Source: Hyphochytrium catenoides (Eukaryota > Protista > Hyphochytriomycota). Taken from it: DNA of 64,000 nt. Location of the stretch: positions 124,001 through 188,000 of the forward strand of contig FLMG01002456.1 in NCBI GenBank assembly GCA_900088475.1, in the 5' to 3' direction. Position numbers and translations under genes: made by a program. This document shows, in pieces, positions 37,621 through 52,747 of this stretch. Numbering within the stretch: position 1 is the first letter of the stretch; each line of letters opens with the position of its first letter. The notes below the pieces were generated by a model. It ran no database searches and was not told where the DNA came from. It was given only the letters and a program-made list of their open reading frames with translations.

Positions 37621-40600
37621 ATGGCTCAAGAACCGGTGGCAGCGGCGCCATTGGCAGCTATGTCGTCTGGCGTGGCAAGAGACGCCAGAGTCCTCTGGAT
37701 GCGTGACCGCGTGTTGGAGTCTTTCCGGGAGACGATCAAGGATGTTTCGCAAACTGATGGGCTCACCTTTGCTAGAATAACTAGGGAAATGTGGGATGAA
37801 ATGATGGAGGCTGAAGGCTCTGACAAAGCAGGCTATAAAGATCCTTGGGGTAACTATATGCCGGTAAGACTGTTGCATAATCTCTAACTACCCACATGAA
37901 CACGCTTCGTCCTCTAACCCCTAACAATCACTTTAGGACGGTGCACAATACACTATAAAGGCCTTCTTAGAGGGAGAGAGCGCCACCACCTCACAGATGC
38001 ATAATAGGGGAGCACTCGACCCCAAATCCTGCCTATTTGTTTACAGCACCTCGGAGGAGAGGGAAGTGGAGGTTGAAGGTGACGAATCCTGATAGAAACC
38101 TGACTTCGTGAGTGCAATTATTAACGCCTAAACGTTGCCAGTCCCAATGGAGTCCTACAGAGACGGGCAACTTTCTCCTCACAACCCCTTAGAGCTGGAA
38201 ACGTCGCCTCTTCTGGAACCACTCCCGGCTAGCGAGAACCGCAGTGGAGAAATGACACAAGACACTCCGGAGGAACACGTACTAGGAAAGGAAGAGCAGG
38301 GGCAACCAGACAAGTCCAACCCAGAGAAGGAAAACGCTAAGCAAGCGGCCCAGGTAGTCCCCCTTCGCAAAAAGAAGGTTAAGGTAAGGACCTTTGTTTG
38401 ATCCACCTCGGGGGCAACGTGGTCACTTCCGGCGATGCAGCAAGTCAAGAGCGTCTGTCGGGTACGGCTTGGGAAGATGCAGGAGAATGCCATCAGCTCC
38501 AGCTACGTCTACTTCCTTAGAGTGGCACCAATAAAGCTTCCCAGCGGTCAAGGTAAATCCACCGTGCATGCCGCTAGACCCCCTTTTCCCCTTAAAATCG
38601 TCCTAACCTAGATCGTTCCTCTTCTACCTGCTACCATAGATCCCGAAGTAGCAATGCCCAAACTAGTGGAGTTTGGCTATCTCACAGGAGAGATCTTGGG
38701 TAACTTAGCAAGCGTCATCAAACAAGTTTATATCCCAATGCTTGACCCGCAACTGAATGAGACTGAGAAGGTGTCCGAAGGAGGAAGCTCTTCTGGAACT
38801 CCTTCAACTGCGCGGTCATTGGATCCGGATGCTCCAAAAGTTTCTGATTCACTTCGCACGGAATTTAAAGGGAGTATGCACAAGTTTGCAGCCCAGGTCA
38901 CCGATGCCATGCAGCAGGTAAAAGGGGAAATCCGGCTCCGAATGCCAACCTTCACCATTGAAAGACCGGAATCTGCTATAGGCAACGTCGAAGTGGTCAA
39001 TGAGGTGAGTGCCATGGTTATTGCCCAGGTCTCTGCGAATTTGCTTTATTCACACTGTGAATCTATGTCATAGTTGGAACAATGTCTGGAAGAGTGGTGT
39101 CAAGCCATTGCGATGAGCGTAGAACACGAGATTAGGAAGGTTCCAAATGGCAAGGGTCCTCTGGCTGAAATCGAGTTCTGGAGAGCCCGTAATGCGTCGC
39201 TTGGTACTCTATACGAGCAGATCAATTTGGCTAGTGTGCGCCAATATTTGAAGGTGCTGGAGCTGGTGGATGCAAGCATGCTGCCGAACTTCAATTCACA
39301 CTGCTCAGAGCTCAGCAAGCTCTGTATTGAGGCTAAGGATAACGTCAAATTCCTTACGACTCTGGAAAGGCATTTCAAGAACCTTGCATCGGGCTCATTT
39401 AGCGTCATTATCGATACGCTCCCATCAATGATGAACGCCATTCGAATGGTTTGGATCATCTCTCGACACTATAACACTGATGAGCGTATGGTTCCTCTAA
39501 TGGAAAGGGTTGCGTGGGAGATAGCAGATAAGGTAGCTCAGGAGATTAACATCAGAACCATTTTGAAGCGACCTCCCCAAGCAGCTCTTCATACCATCAA
39601 CGAAGCCAAGGCAGTGCTTGAGATGTGGTACACAAGCTATATGAAGGTGGGTAGTGGTCGCATAACATATCCCGAAGTTCTGACTTACAATATCTCTGCG
39701 AGCGCAGGTTCGGGAAAAAATTGAGCAATCGGGCACAGATCACCGATGGGAATTTGACCGCAAACAACTCTTTGAGCAAACGAACTATATGGCCAAGATC
39801 TGTGACAATCTTCAGGAGGTTACTACCTGCCTAGATCAGTTCTACAAGTTTCTTGGGCCAGAGCTTAAGGCTGTAACGGGATCCCCGCAAGGAATTGATG
39901 AGGTCTTAGCACGAGTGAACTCTCTGATTGGTCCCATCGAGAGCGTCCCCTTTGATATCTTTGACCGTCGCTTCAAAAGCAGCTGGGACGCGGTGATCAT
40001 GCAGTTCAGAGAATCCGTTGTTGAAATAGAGGTAATGACTCGGAAATTCATTGATACATCATTTCAAAAGCTGCGGTCCGCCGAGGGCGCTTTCGACTTG
40101 CTCCAGAACTTCAAAAATATCCAGTCAAGAGAAAGCATCAACAAGCAGATGATGGAAAAGTACAGGGATATCCTAATGCAGTATAGCAAGGAGCTGGAGC
40201 GACTAGAGCAGCTTTTCCATAGCAACAAGAACAATCCGCCAGTGTATAAGAACTATCCCCCTGTAACGGGTGCCATTGCCTGGGCGACCTCTCTTTACCT
40301 ACGTGCCAAGAAACCTATCGTGCGCTTCAGGACGATGAGCGAGCTGCTAACGAGTGACCTAGGAGAGTCTGTCAAACAGAAGTATTTAGCCTTCGCAAAA
40401 GCAGTGGATGCTTACATTCAGAAGCTCTATACCGAGTGGAAAACGTCCGCCCAGGCCATCGCGCTGGAAAATCTGAAGAATCCAATCCTTATGTCTGAGG
40501 CAGGAACGTTCGACCCTGAGGCTGAGAATCCCCAGATGCCACCTCCTCCTTACCGTCCCAACTTTTCCCCAAAGCTCCTCATGCTCATTAGAGAGGCAAA

Positions 40601-43600
40601 GGGCCTAGATCGTCTTGGGTTTGAGATTCCCGAGATCCCGATGAACGTGACACTGCAGGAGGACAAGTATCACCGATATGTCCAGGAGTTGGATCAAATG
40701 CTCAACTACTATCATTCCCTCGTCTCTCAGCTTACTTCTGTGGAGCTCCATCTTCTCAAGGAGCAAGTCAACGAACTGAGGAATGTCCTTCGAAGCGGCT
40801 TTCATCCCCTAAACTGGAATTCACAACGCATCCCTGCTTTCATTGAATCCTGTAACAAGGCGTTGAATGAGTTCAACGGAGTCATAAGCCAAATCCATAA
40901 GAGCAGTACTATGATAGAGGAGGTCGTTAGCACAATCGAGACTACAGTCCTTATCAAGGAGTCTGACTTTCCAGAGAGCAATATCCTCGAGGTCTCTGCC
41001 TTCTACGAGCAAGTGGAGAAGACAAAGTCTTCTCTTTTAGAGCCTCTGGTCCGTAGGTATAAGTCCATTAGTCAACTCTTGATCAAAGTGGAAGAGATAG
41101 TGGCGGGAACAAACACCGGGAAGAGCCCCAAGCTGGCAGCATATTATCACTACTGGGAGCGCCGACTCTTCAACGCCATTACAAAGATGATCATCGCTAG
41201 CATGGCTACTTTTCAAGCCATTTTAAGCCTGAGTCCGGACGATACGTCTCTGGGTTCTCAGATCAAACGCGACCCTATCTGTAGAATCAAAGCCACAATG
41301 AACGGAAAGGATATTGTGGTGACCCCTGCTCTCTCCGACGTCTACAAGTATCTCAGCAAGCTGGTCAAGCACATTGTCGAGTCTTCGAAGCTATTCGTGC
41401 GATGGATGAAAGGGACCTGTCGCGAGGCGGAGCCACTGGTCGTGAACGAAGACGAGGAACCTGTCATTTTTAGCTTCTACTCTGATATCTCCCAAAATTC
41501 CCATGTTATCAAGATCATGTTGGGGCTCAACCAGTCAATTCATAAGGTCTTCAACATAGTTAACAAGTACTTGGACGGATGGCGTAGATATGACAATGTA
41601 TATCACCTATGGGACCAAAAGAGACGATCAGCCTTGGAAAAACTCCTGGATGCTCCCCAAACGTGCGTATTTTTCGATAGCCGATTGGCGTCTTACCACA
41701 AACTAACCGAGACTATCCGCACCCAACCTTCGGAGAAGGATATTGACTTCTTACGGGTGGACTGCTATCCAGTGGGCCTGGCTATTGCTAACCAGGCAGA
41801 TTCTTGGAAAGAGAGCTACGGAAAAATTCTTCATGAGATATCCCTCTCGGCTCTTACCTCTTTGGTCGAAAAAATGAGCGCTTTGGAGAAGAACTTGAGC
41901 ACTGACCCTCAAGACTTGGCGTCTCTGAAGTTTGTTCTTAACACTATCGGGTCAATACTGGAACAAAACAATGTGGTGGAGCTCGCCTACACTGATATTG
42001 TGGAAAAGTTCAGGACGTTAGGTTGCTATAGCATTAATGTCCCACAAAGCGAAGTCGTCGCAGCCCAGGGTTTGCAAAGGCGGTGGCACAAGCTCATCGT
42101 AGATGCAAAGACAAAGGATCTCCGGCTTGTTCGTGTCAAAGCCAAGTTTCGAGAGGTAACTAAAGAAGATACGTTGCATTTCTCCGCAACCTGCAAAGAT
42201 GTCAAAGCTCGCTTCTACGCAGAAGGCCCAGGCTCTCTCAGTATTGACCTCGACGCTGGTGCCAAACAATTGAAGGAATTCAAGTCATTACTTCAGGAGA
42301 TGAACAAGCGGAAGCATGAGCTGGTCAATGCAGAAGGCTTATTTGATCTTCCCATCACCGAGTATCCAGAACTGCTGGAGATCCAATCCGAGGTTGACAA
42401 ACTAGAAGCAATCTACTCTATTTACATTGAGCAAAAAGAGTTCCGCGAAGCCCTCTCCACCACGCTTTGGGCAGATTTGGATATCAACAGGCTGGTCAAG
42501 GGAACTGAAGACCTAGAGAAGAAAATCCGGAAGCTACCCAAGGAGCTTAAAGTGATTCCTTCCTACCAAATGGTAGAACAAAAAATTATGTCTTTGAAGG
42601 ATTCCATACCATTGCTTCAGTCCCTTAAGAGTGACTCAATCAAGCCTCGCCATTGGGAGCAATTGATGGAGGCCATCAACGTCAAGATTGAGCTCAATCC
42701 GAAGACCTTCACTCTGGAACAGCTCTTTGCCATGGAGCTTCATAAATATACTGATAAGGTTGGAGAAGTTGTCAACGCTGCGATGCAAGAACTGAAAATT
42801 GAGGTAGAGCTGAAGAAGATCCAAGATGTCTGGGCTACAACCTCTTTCGAGCTGGCTAGATATAAGAAGAATGGTGAGGATCGCGGCTGGGTACTGCGGT
42901 CGGCCGATGAAATCAAGATCCTCCTAGATGATCACATGCTAAATCTTCAAACCATGGCGGGCTCGCGTTTTGTTGGCAGTTTTGCCGAAGACGTTCGAGG
43001 CTGGGAGAGAAATTTGAATCTGGTCAACGAATGTATCGAGGTTTGGTTCCTAGTTCAGCGAAAGTGGATGTACCTGGAAAGCATCTTTGTCGGCGCCGAG
43101 GATATTAGACAGCAGCTGCCAGAGGAGGCCAAGAAGTTCGACGCCATTGACAAAGCGTGGAAGGCCATCATGATAGCCACTCACAAAAGCCCTATTGTAG
43201 TAGAGGCCTGCAATACTGACAATCGCATCGCGACGATGAAAAACCTGTCTGAAAGGCTGGACAAGTGCCAGAAGAGCCTCAGCGACTACCTCGACACGAA
43301 GAGAAATTCCTTTCCTCGCTTCTTTTTCATCTCAGATGACGAGTTGCTCTCTGTGCTAGGTTCGTCCGATCCTCTTTCCATCCAGCAGCACAACCTTAAG
43401 CTCTTTGATAACGTCAAAACTCTCAACTTTGGAAGGAACAACAAGACTGTCGAAGGCATGGAGAGCAGCGAGGGCGAGTCTTTCGCTCTAAGAGCTCCGT
43501 CCGCTGTCGAGGGCCCTGTTGAGGCGTGGATGACAGCAGTAGAGGAGGAAATGAAGAGCTCGTTGCATAACATAGCAAAGGAGGGCGTTTTTCGTTATGC

Positions 43601-46600
43601 GAAGACGAACCGGACAGATTGGGTTTGTGACGTATTAGGAATGGTTGGTCTCGTTGGCAGCCAAATTTGGTGGACTTGGGAGGTGGAAGACGCCTTCCGG
43701 TCCGTTGCAGCTGGGCAGAAGATGGCTATGAAGACTCTTGAGAGAAAGCAGACTGCTCAGCTAAACGAACTGGTGGCGTTAGTGAGGCAGAATCTAGGAG
43801 TACAAATCCGCAAAAAGATCAACGCACTCCTCATTATTGATGTCCACGCTCGCGACATTGTCGATTCATTCGTGCGGGACAGCATATTGAACGCAAAGGA
43901 GTTTGCTTGGGAGAGCCAGCTTCGTTTCTATTGGGAAAAGGATGTTGACGACATTATCATCAAGCAGTGTACAGGGAGTTTTCGTTATGGGTACGAATAC
44001 ATGGGCCTCAATGGGAGACTGGTGATCACTCCTCTCACCGATCGCTGCTACATGACGCTTACGCAAGCCCTAACATTTAAGCTTGGCGGCTCGCCAGCGG
44101 GCCCTGCAGGCACGGGCAAGACGGAGACAGTTAAGGACCTTGCCAAGTCTTTGGCTCTACCTTGCTTTGTGATCAACTGTGGCGAGGGCTTGGATTATAA
44201 AGCTATGGGTTCCATTTTTTCCGGATTGGTGCAAGTTGGGGCTTGGGGTTGCTTTGATGAATTCAATCGCATCAACATTGAGGTGCTCTCAGTCGTCTCT
44301 GCGCAACTCAGGGCAATTCAGAATGCTCTCAACTATGACCGTCCAACGTGCGATATCGGCCTGGGGATGGAAATCAAGATCAAACGTACTGCAGGGTTTG
44401 CCACTTGCGGCTTCTTCATAACGATGAATCCTGGCTATGCTGGAAGAACAGAACTACCTGACAATCTGAAGGCTCTATTCCGGCCGGTGACCATGATCAT
44501 TCCGGACCTTCTGCAAATTTGTCAAATCATGCTATTCTCCGAGGGCTTTGAGAATGCGGTGGTTCTGGCAATGAAGATGACCGTTCTCTACAAGCTAGCG
44601 CGCGAGCAGCTCTCTAAGCAGTATCACTATGACTTTGGCTTACGTGCTCTGAAGAGCGTCCTTGTAATGGCGGGCTCTCTCAAGCGACAGTACGCAAACT
44701 TAAGTGAGGACCTAGTCCTTATGAGGGCTCTGCGTGACAGCAATATGCCTAAGTTCATCTTTGAAGATGTCCCTCTGTTTCGGGGCTTGGTAGACGACTT
44801 GTTTCCTGGTCTTGACTGCCCGCGGGTTGGTTATGCTGAACTAAAGTCAGCAGTGGAAGGAGACCTAGAGAAGAATGGCTTCCGGTGTTCCGAATCGGAG
44901 GTTTTCCAAAATCAGGTGGACAAGGTTATACAGATGTATGAGACGATGTTAGTACGACACACTACAATGATTGTAGGACCCACCGGAGGAGGCAAGTCGC
45001 TGATTCTAGACACTCTATCGCGAGCATCTGCCCCTGCTCTCAACCAACAGATCAAGCAGTTTCTTCTAAACCCAAAAGCCCAGAGCGTCGCTGAGCTTTA
45101 CGGTATCATGGATCCGGTCACACGTGATTGGACCGACGGCGTACTCTCAAAGCTGTTCCGCGAAACCAACCAGCCGCTCCCTAATGGAAAGGAGAACGAA
45201 AAACGTTGGATAGTTTTGGACGGAGATGTCGACGCAGTCTGGGTGGAGAACATGAACAGTGTCATGGATGATAACAAACTTCTGACCCTTCCTAACGGAG
45301 AGCGGATGAGGTTGCAGCCATATTGCTCTATAATCTGTGAGACATTTGACTTGCAGTATGCATCTCCGGCAACCATCAGTCGGTGCGGTATGGTTTGGGT
45401 AGATCCCAAGAATTTGGGCTTCCGGCCGTACTATGAGAAGTGGGTCCGCGATCGTTGTTCCTCTTCTTCCCGGGACAACGAGAAAACTTGGCTTCTAGAG
45501 CTATTTGATGCCGTATTGAGCAAGGCAATCACATATACTTGTGAACACGTTCTGGATGGTAAGGATGTTTTGCCCGGTGAACGGCTGCAGCAGGTTATCC
45601 CGGTAGCCAATATCTCTCTTTGTCGTCAAGCTTGCAATCTTCTCGACGCTTTGATTACCCTAGACGTCGTGTCCGGCGAACGCCAAGACTTTGAGGGCAT
45701 TTACCTCTTCTGCGTCCTATGGTCCGTTGGAGCCGCACTGGTGGCCTCGAGTCGCGCCAGATTTGATATGTTTCTCAAAAAAGTGTCTCCATCCAATGCA
45801 ATTGAGGGATCTTTCTATGATCACTTCTATGACCTTGGTACACACCGCTGGCAACACTGGCAGACAAGGCTAGAACCTTATGCGGAACCTGTGCCATTCA
45901 AGTTCCATAGGATACTGGTCCCTACAACCGATTCTGTTCTATATACCTACCTTCTGGAAAAGCTGGTGGTCATCGACAAGCCAGTCCTCTTTGTCGGTGA
46001 ATCTGGCACTGCCAAAACAGTCACCATAAAAAATTTCCTAGGTGCTTCAGACCCTGAAAGAACATCGGTGCTAAATATGAACTTCTCTAGCCGGACTAAT
46101 TCTCTAGATGTTCAGACCAACATTGAAAGTAACGTGGATAAGCGGACAGGGAGGATCTATGGACCACCAACAGGTAAAAAGCTTGTCATATTCATCGATG
46201 ACCTCAATATGCCGAAGGTGGACAAGTACGGCACACAGCAGCCAATCGCATTGCTCCATTTTCTACTGAGTAGGGGCTCAATGTATGACCGAGGAAAGGA
46301 CCTTGATCTGCGCATACTTAAGGATCTCCGCTACATCGGCGCCATGGGGCCACCTGGAGGTGGCAGAAACCCTGTCGACCCCCGGTTTGTCGCGCTCTTC
46401 AACGTCTTCAATCTTACTCTGCCTACTGCCAATGTTCTTCACAAAATCTATGACTCTATCATCACTGTCTACTTTAGAGACTTCCCTCCTCCGGTCCAAG
46501 ATGCCTGTAAGAAGATTACACCATTGCTCTTGCAGCTCTATCAGAAGACAGTGGACAAACTGCCACCAACCCCGTCCAAGTTCCACTATATCTTTAATCT

Positions 46601-49600
46601 AAGAGACCTTGGCCGAGTCTGTGAAGGTCTGTGCCTGGCAACTCCCGACAAGGTTGAGAACTCATCAAAGCTGGTCCGTTTGCTGCGAAATGAGATTCAA
46701 CGAGTCTTCTGTGACCGCCTCATTTCTACCGAGGATTTGAACTTTGTCCAATCAGAACTGCAGAACAAGATCAAGGAAACCTATCCATCGGAAATGGACC
46801 ATGCGATGGCCGACCCTCTCATCTTCGGAGACTTTGAGTTTTGTATTGACCGGCTGTCGTCAGGGGCAGAGGACCCTCGCCTATACCAGGATCTGGGATC
46901 TTACCCGACCATCAGGAAGATCTTTGACGAAGTCTTGGAGATCTATAATGTTACCAACAAACCAATGACGCTTGTCCTCTTTGAGGTGGCGCTTGAACAC
47001 CTTACTCGAATTCATAGGATAATTCGCATGCCACGTGGCAATGCGTTACTGGTAGGTGTCGGTGGAAGTGGTAAGCAGTCATTGACGCGGTTGGCCGCCT
47101 TTACTGCTGGGTACAAGGTCTTTGAAATCAGCCTGTCAAGAGGATACTCTGAAAAGGAGTTCAGGGAAGACCTGAAAAATCTCTACCGTATGCTAGGCAC
47201 TGAGCAGCTTGTCTTCCTATTCACTGATGCTCACGTTGTTGAAGAGGGATTCTTAGAGTTTATCAACAACATGCTGACCACGGGTATCGTGCCCGCGCTG
47301 TATGAGCCGGAGGAAAGAGATGCTTTGATCGCCACGGTCCGGGCTGAAGTCAAGGCAGCAGGCATCACTGAGAACAACGAGAATTGTTGGAACTTCTACG
47401 TAAACAAATGTCGGGACAATCTTCACATCGTCCTCTCAATGTCTCCTTCCGGTGACACTCTACGTTTGCGTTGCAGAAACTTCCCCGGTCTCGTTAGTAA
47501 CACGGTTATCGATTGGTTCTTCCCATGGCCCGAAGAAGCACTGAAGAAGGTGGCCAGCGCCTTCCTTGCCGATGAATCGTTGCCAGAGGAGCATCGAAAC
47601 AACATTATCAGCCACTTTGTTTTCGCGCATCAGAATGTGGTGGAATTTGCTAAGCGCTTCGAGGTTGAGCTTCGGCGGCATTACTATGTGACTCCGAAGA
47701 ACTACTTGGATTTTATCAACAACTATCGAGTGCAGCTCAAGCAAAACTCAAAGAAAATTGACGTGAGCATGAAAAGACTCTCTGGCGGCCTTACCAAGCT
47801 GATCGAAGCGGCGAAAGCGGTAGATCGAATGCAGGTCGAGCTCACAGAGAAGAAGAAGATTGTTGATGAAAAAACCGCCAAGTGCGAGACTCTTATCCAG
47901 GAAATCACAGTTAAGTCCGCCGTAGCACAGAAACAGCAAGAAGAAGCAATGAAGAAGCAAGCGGAATGCGAAGACAAAGCGAAAATTATAGCCGTCGAGA
48001 AAAATAAAGCTGATGACGCCCTGAACGAGGCTCTTCCAGCAGTGGAGGCAGCAGCTGAAGCCCTGAATCAGCTAAACAAGGCCGATCTTACTGAGATCAA
48101 AGCTTTTACTTCACCCCCTCCTTTGGTGAAGGCCACATGTCTGTGCGTTCTCGCTCTGAATCCTACCGATCAAACCTTGGACGAGGATTGGAAAGGGGCT
48201 AAGACTATGCTCTCCAATGCTAATCTGTTGAATTTGCTGAAAAACTACAACAAGGATGGTATCACAGAGAAAATGATGAAGAAGGTTCGAGGTTATCTCA
48301 AAAATCCTGACCTCAATGTAGAGAACATGAAGACAATTAGTAAGGCCGGCGCGGGGCTCCTCACTTGGGTCTGCGCCATCGTCAAATACTATGATGTTGC
48401 CAAAAACGTCGAACCTTTGCGGCTCCAGGTGAAGACCATGGAAAAGGAGCAGATGATTATGGAGGAAGAGCTTTTGCAGCTCAGGGAACAGCTAGCTGCC
48501 CTCCAACAAGAACTAAATAAGCTATCAGCAGCCTATAATGAGGCTAACGACGAGCTTCAGGGGCTCAAAGCGCAAGCGGCTAAAATGGAGAAGCGCCTCA
48601 ATGCTGCCAGCAAACTCATCTCCGGTCTTGCCTCTGAAAGACAGAGATGGACAACTGACATTGAAGGCTTCAATATCCAGAAGTCAAGATTGACAGGCGA
48701 CTGCCTTTTAGCTGCTAGCTTCCTAAGCTACGCTGGAGCCTTCAGCTTTGACTATAGGAAAAAGCTGATCTATGACCTCTTTCTTGGTGATGTCGCGTCC
48801 AAGAACATTCCCCTAACTGCACCTTTCCGTCTCGAGTCGTTGCTGACGACAGATGCCACAGTGCAGAAATGGGTTGCAGAGGCTCTGCCAGCGGATGAAC
48901 ACTCCATTCTTAACGGCATTCTTACCACCTGTGCAACACGTTTCCCTTTGTGCATTGACCCTCAGCAGCAAGCAGTCACTTGGATCAAAAATCGCGAAGC
49001 GAAGTCGAACTTAACCATCAAGAGCCCGAATGACCCAGACTTTCTGAAACACCTTGAGCTGGCTATCCAGTTCGGGAACCCCTTTCTCTTTGAGGCTATT
49101 GACGAAGAAATTGATCCAATCCTTGACCCCGTGTTGGAAAAGGCGACATTTATGCAGGGCACTCAGAAGCTGATCAAGCTGGGAGACAAGAACATCGAGT
49201 GGGATGATGGCTTCCGACTCTACTTCACCACCAAGCTAGCCAATCCGCACTATAGTCCAGAAATAATGGGAAAGACCATGATCATCAATTATAGCGTTAC
49301 CAAGGACGGACTTGCAAACCAACTGCTAAATGTCGTAGTAGGGCACGAGCGACCAGATCTTGAGGAGCAGTACGGAGCCCTTGTGGAACAAATGTCTGCC
49401 AGCACACTCCTCCTAGTGGAGCTGGAAGACGCTCTCCTAGGCAACTTATCTAACTCTACGGGGAATATATTAGACAACGAAGAGCTGATCGCCACTCTAG
49501 ACGAGACGAAGACTAAGGCGGTGGAGATTGGAGCTAAACTGGAGCAATCCAGACTGACCAAGGAGGAAATCAGTAAGGCCAGAGCAGTCTATACTCCGGT

Positions 49601-52067
49601 GGCCAAACGGGGCTCTATTCTCTACTTCGCTGTGTCAGGGCTATCCAATATTATGAGTATGTATGAGGTGTCCTTAGCCTCTTTCCTGACTGTGTTCAGA
49701 GGGGCCTTGTCCGGCGCAAAGAAGGATGTAGTGCTGGATAATCGGCTGAAATACATGCTTCAGTCCGTCACTGACCGAATTTATGACTTCACCTGTACGG
49801 GGATCTTTGAAAGGCACAAGCTCATGTTTTCAGTGCAAATGACCTGTATGCTAATGGAAGGAGACGGCAACCTTAATCGACCCGAACTGGACTTCTTCCT
49901 TAAGGGTGATACTTCACTCTCGCCTGCTGAAAAGGCGAAAGATGCGACCCTCTCCTGGATCTCTGACAGTGGATGGAAGGACCTGAACTACCTCTCCACA
50001 CTTTCAGAACCGTTAGCTTCTCTGGTCCCTGATGTCCAGCAAAATGCGTCTGTCTGGCGAGCGTGGAATGATTTAGAAACGCCCGAATCTGCTGATCTCC
50101 CCATGGGATACTCAACGAGGCTGTCTCCGTTGCAAAAGCTCTTGATATGCCGCTGCTTTCGACCCGATCGGGTCTACAATGCCGCAAAGCTGTTCGTAAT
50201 GTCGATAATGGGGGATAAGTACGTCCAGCCGCCAGTGCTCAATTACCAGCGCATTTTCGCGCAGAGCAGTCCTCAGACCCCTATGGTTTTTATCCTCAGT
50301 CCAGGCGCCGATCCGCAGAGCGACATCCAATTGTTGGGTGAGGAATTAGGGTTTACAGGACACAAGTTCAAGTTCTTAGCACTAGGTCAGGGACAAGGCC
50401 CCCTGGCAGAACAGATGCTTGCCACAGGTGCATCCAGGGGCCATTGGGTGCTCCTGCAAAACTGCCATTTGCTTGCGAGCTGGTTGAGAACGCTGGAAAA
50501 GTTCCTCGAAGGGCTGCAAAAGCCCCATCCAGACTTCCGCTTATGGCTAACTACAGAGCCTACCGACCGCTTCCCATTAGGTATACTTCAGCGATCCCTT
50601 AAAGTAGTGACTGAGCCTCCTGATGGACTCAAGCAGAATATGCGTAGTTCTTACACCAGGATCGACCAACAAATGTTAGAGGAGTGCCCGCATTGGGCTT
50701 ATCGACCACTCGTCTACGTCCTCTGCTTCCTGCATGCTGTGGTCTTGGAGAGAAGAAAGTATGGAAAGATCGGATGGAATGTCAGCTACGACTTTAATGA
50801 GTCAGACTTCAGTGTCTCTCGGCGACTACTAGGGCTGTACCTTAAGAAAGCCTATGAGGATCAAGATGAGAATCTTCCGTGGGGTTCATTACGATACCTA
50901 ATTGGTGACGCTATGTACGGAGGGAGAGTTAGTGACAGTTGGGATAGGCGGATCCTTGTTACTTATCTGCAGGAATACATGGGAGACTTCCTCTTCGACA
51001 AATCACAAAAGTTCTATTTCAGTAGAGACGGCTTTGACTACGAGCTGCCTGAATGGGGTCCATTGGAGAATTATGTGGCCATGGTAGAGAAGCTACCGCT
51101 CACTAACGGCCCAGCGGTGTTCGGACTCCATCCAAATGCAGAGATCGGCTACTTCACAAATGCTACCAAGCGAATGTGGCGTGATCTGATTAATCTGCAA
51201 CCACGGTCTACGTCGTCAGGGGATGGCGTATCGCGCGAGTCTTATATCGCCAAGGTGGCGATTGGCATTCAGACCAAAGTCCCTGCACAGGTAGATGTTG
51301 GCTTAGTGAGGAAAAATCTAGGCCGCACACCGACGCCGACCGAGGTCGTTCTGTTGCAAGAGCTCGACCGTTTCAACACCCTCTCAGAAAAGATGGCAAC
51401 TTCTCTTGCTGAGCTTCAAAAAGCTCTTGTTGGAGAAATAGGTATGAGTGAGGAGCTCGACCAACTTGGAGAGGCATTGTACAATGGTTTCTTGCCCACT
51501 ATGTGGAGGCGGCTTAGTCCTGCTACTCAGAAGCCTCTAGGCAGCTGGATGGGACAGTTCGGTCGCAGACATGAGCTTTACATGGACTGGATTGCTAATG
51601 GAGATCCTAAGGTCATGTGGCTGTCTGGATTACATATTCCGGAGTCCTATCTGACAGCATTAGTTCAAGAAACATGTCGGGCGCTCACTTGGCCTCTCGA
51701 CAAGTCGACGTTGTACACGAAGGTGACGAAGTATCGAGACGCATCAGAAGTTCCGGAAAAGCCCAGACATGGCTGTTACGTCGAGGGGCTATACTTGGAA
51801 GGAGCCAGTTGGGACCTGGAGAAATCGCAACTGAGAAGGCAAACACCGAAGGTCCTCGTAGAGCCCTTGCCTATTCTACAAGTCATTCCGATCGAAGCAG
51901 GGAAATTGAAGTTGCAGAACACTTTCCGAACACCTGTGTACGTTACTCAAGAAAGGGCAAACGCCATGGGGGTGGGTCTAGTTTTCCAGGCTGATCTGGC
52001 GACAAGTGAGCATGATAGCCATTGGACTTTGCAGGGTACCGCTTTAGTTCTTAACGTAGACACTTAG
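37621..52067 (+). CDS. DNAH10: Axonemal inner-arm dynein heavy chain I1/f-alpha (DNAH10/DHC1); 7 exons
   Basis: DHC_N1 RHYNTDERMVPLMER; P-loops GPAGTGKT, GPTGGGKS, GESGTAKT and GVGGSGKQ; NCGEGLDY and WGCFDEFNRI; C-terminus HWTLQGTALVLNVDT. Six introns lie in 37864-39707 and the last exon is 39708-52067. Confidence 0.93.
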
Positions 52068-52747
52068 TCGTAGAGATGATAGATATAGGATTCTCATATT
52101 ATGTAAGTTTCAATCAGCATAAATAAACTCAACCTCCACATGGCGTGACTTCGGTAAGGTGATACTCTACTCCCAGGAACCGCCCCAACCATAGGCCAAC
52201 AATTCGCGAGAAAGTTGGTCACGGGGTGTCAGTGGTCAGAGCCCTGGTGATTCCTTCGCTTGGGTTTCGGATGGTGGAACAACTACCAGCGCTGAGGAGG
52301 AGGTAGGGCAAGAACGCAGATCGGTGTCAGGACATGTCTACTGTCGAACATCATCCAAGCTTACTCACATTTCGAAGTGAGCATTAGATACTTGCGCTCA
52401 ACCTCAATCATGAAGCGTGGGTTGGACAGTGCCGAGGTCATTTGCCTTACAACCCCCTACAAGCGTAAGCAGAGGTTGATAGCACATCTAGAAAGAATTT
52501 AAAGGAGCAAAGATGGTCTACCTCCTTGCCGATAAAATGAGGCCACTTATTTTGATGTACCTCTGGGGTGTCAGCCACGATGACCCTGGTACCTATGTGA
52601 CAATGTGAGAAGGGATATGTCGGCGAGCAAGCATACCCTCACTTCACCTAGAGGAAGTATGGTCCCTTGGGCTGCAGGTGTGACGGTGGGTCTGCATAGC
52701 TATGTTACGAAACTTGATTGAGTATGGATCAGGTACGGTTAACGCCC

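Noticed and set aside
39842-51994. Many antisense and alternate-frame ORFs within DNAH10 and other genes
   Set aside because: These are shadow ORFs of long coding sequence at ~50% GC, with no independent motifs.
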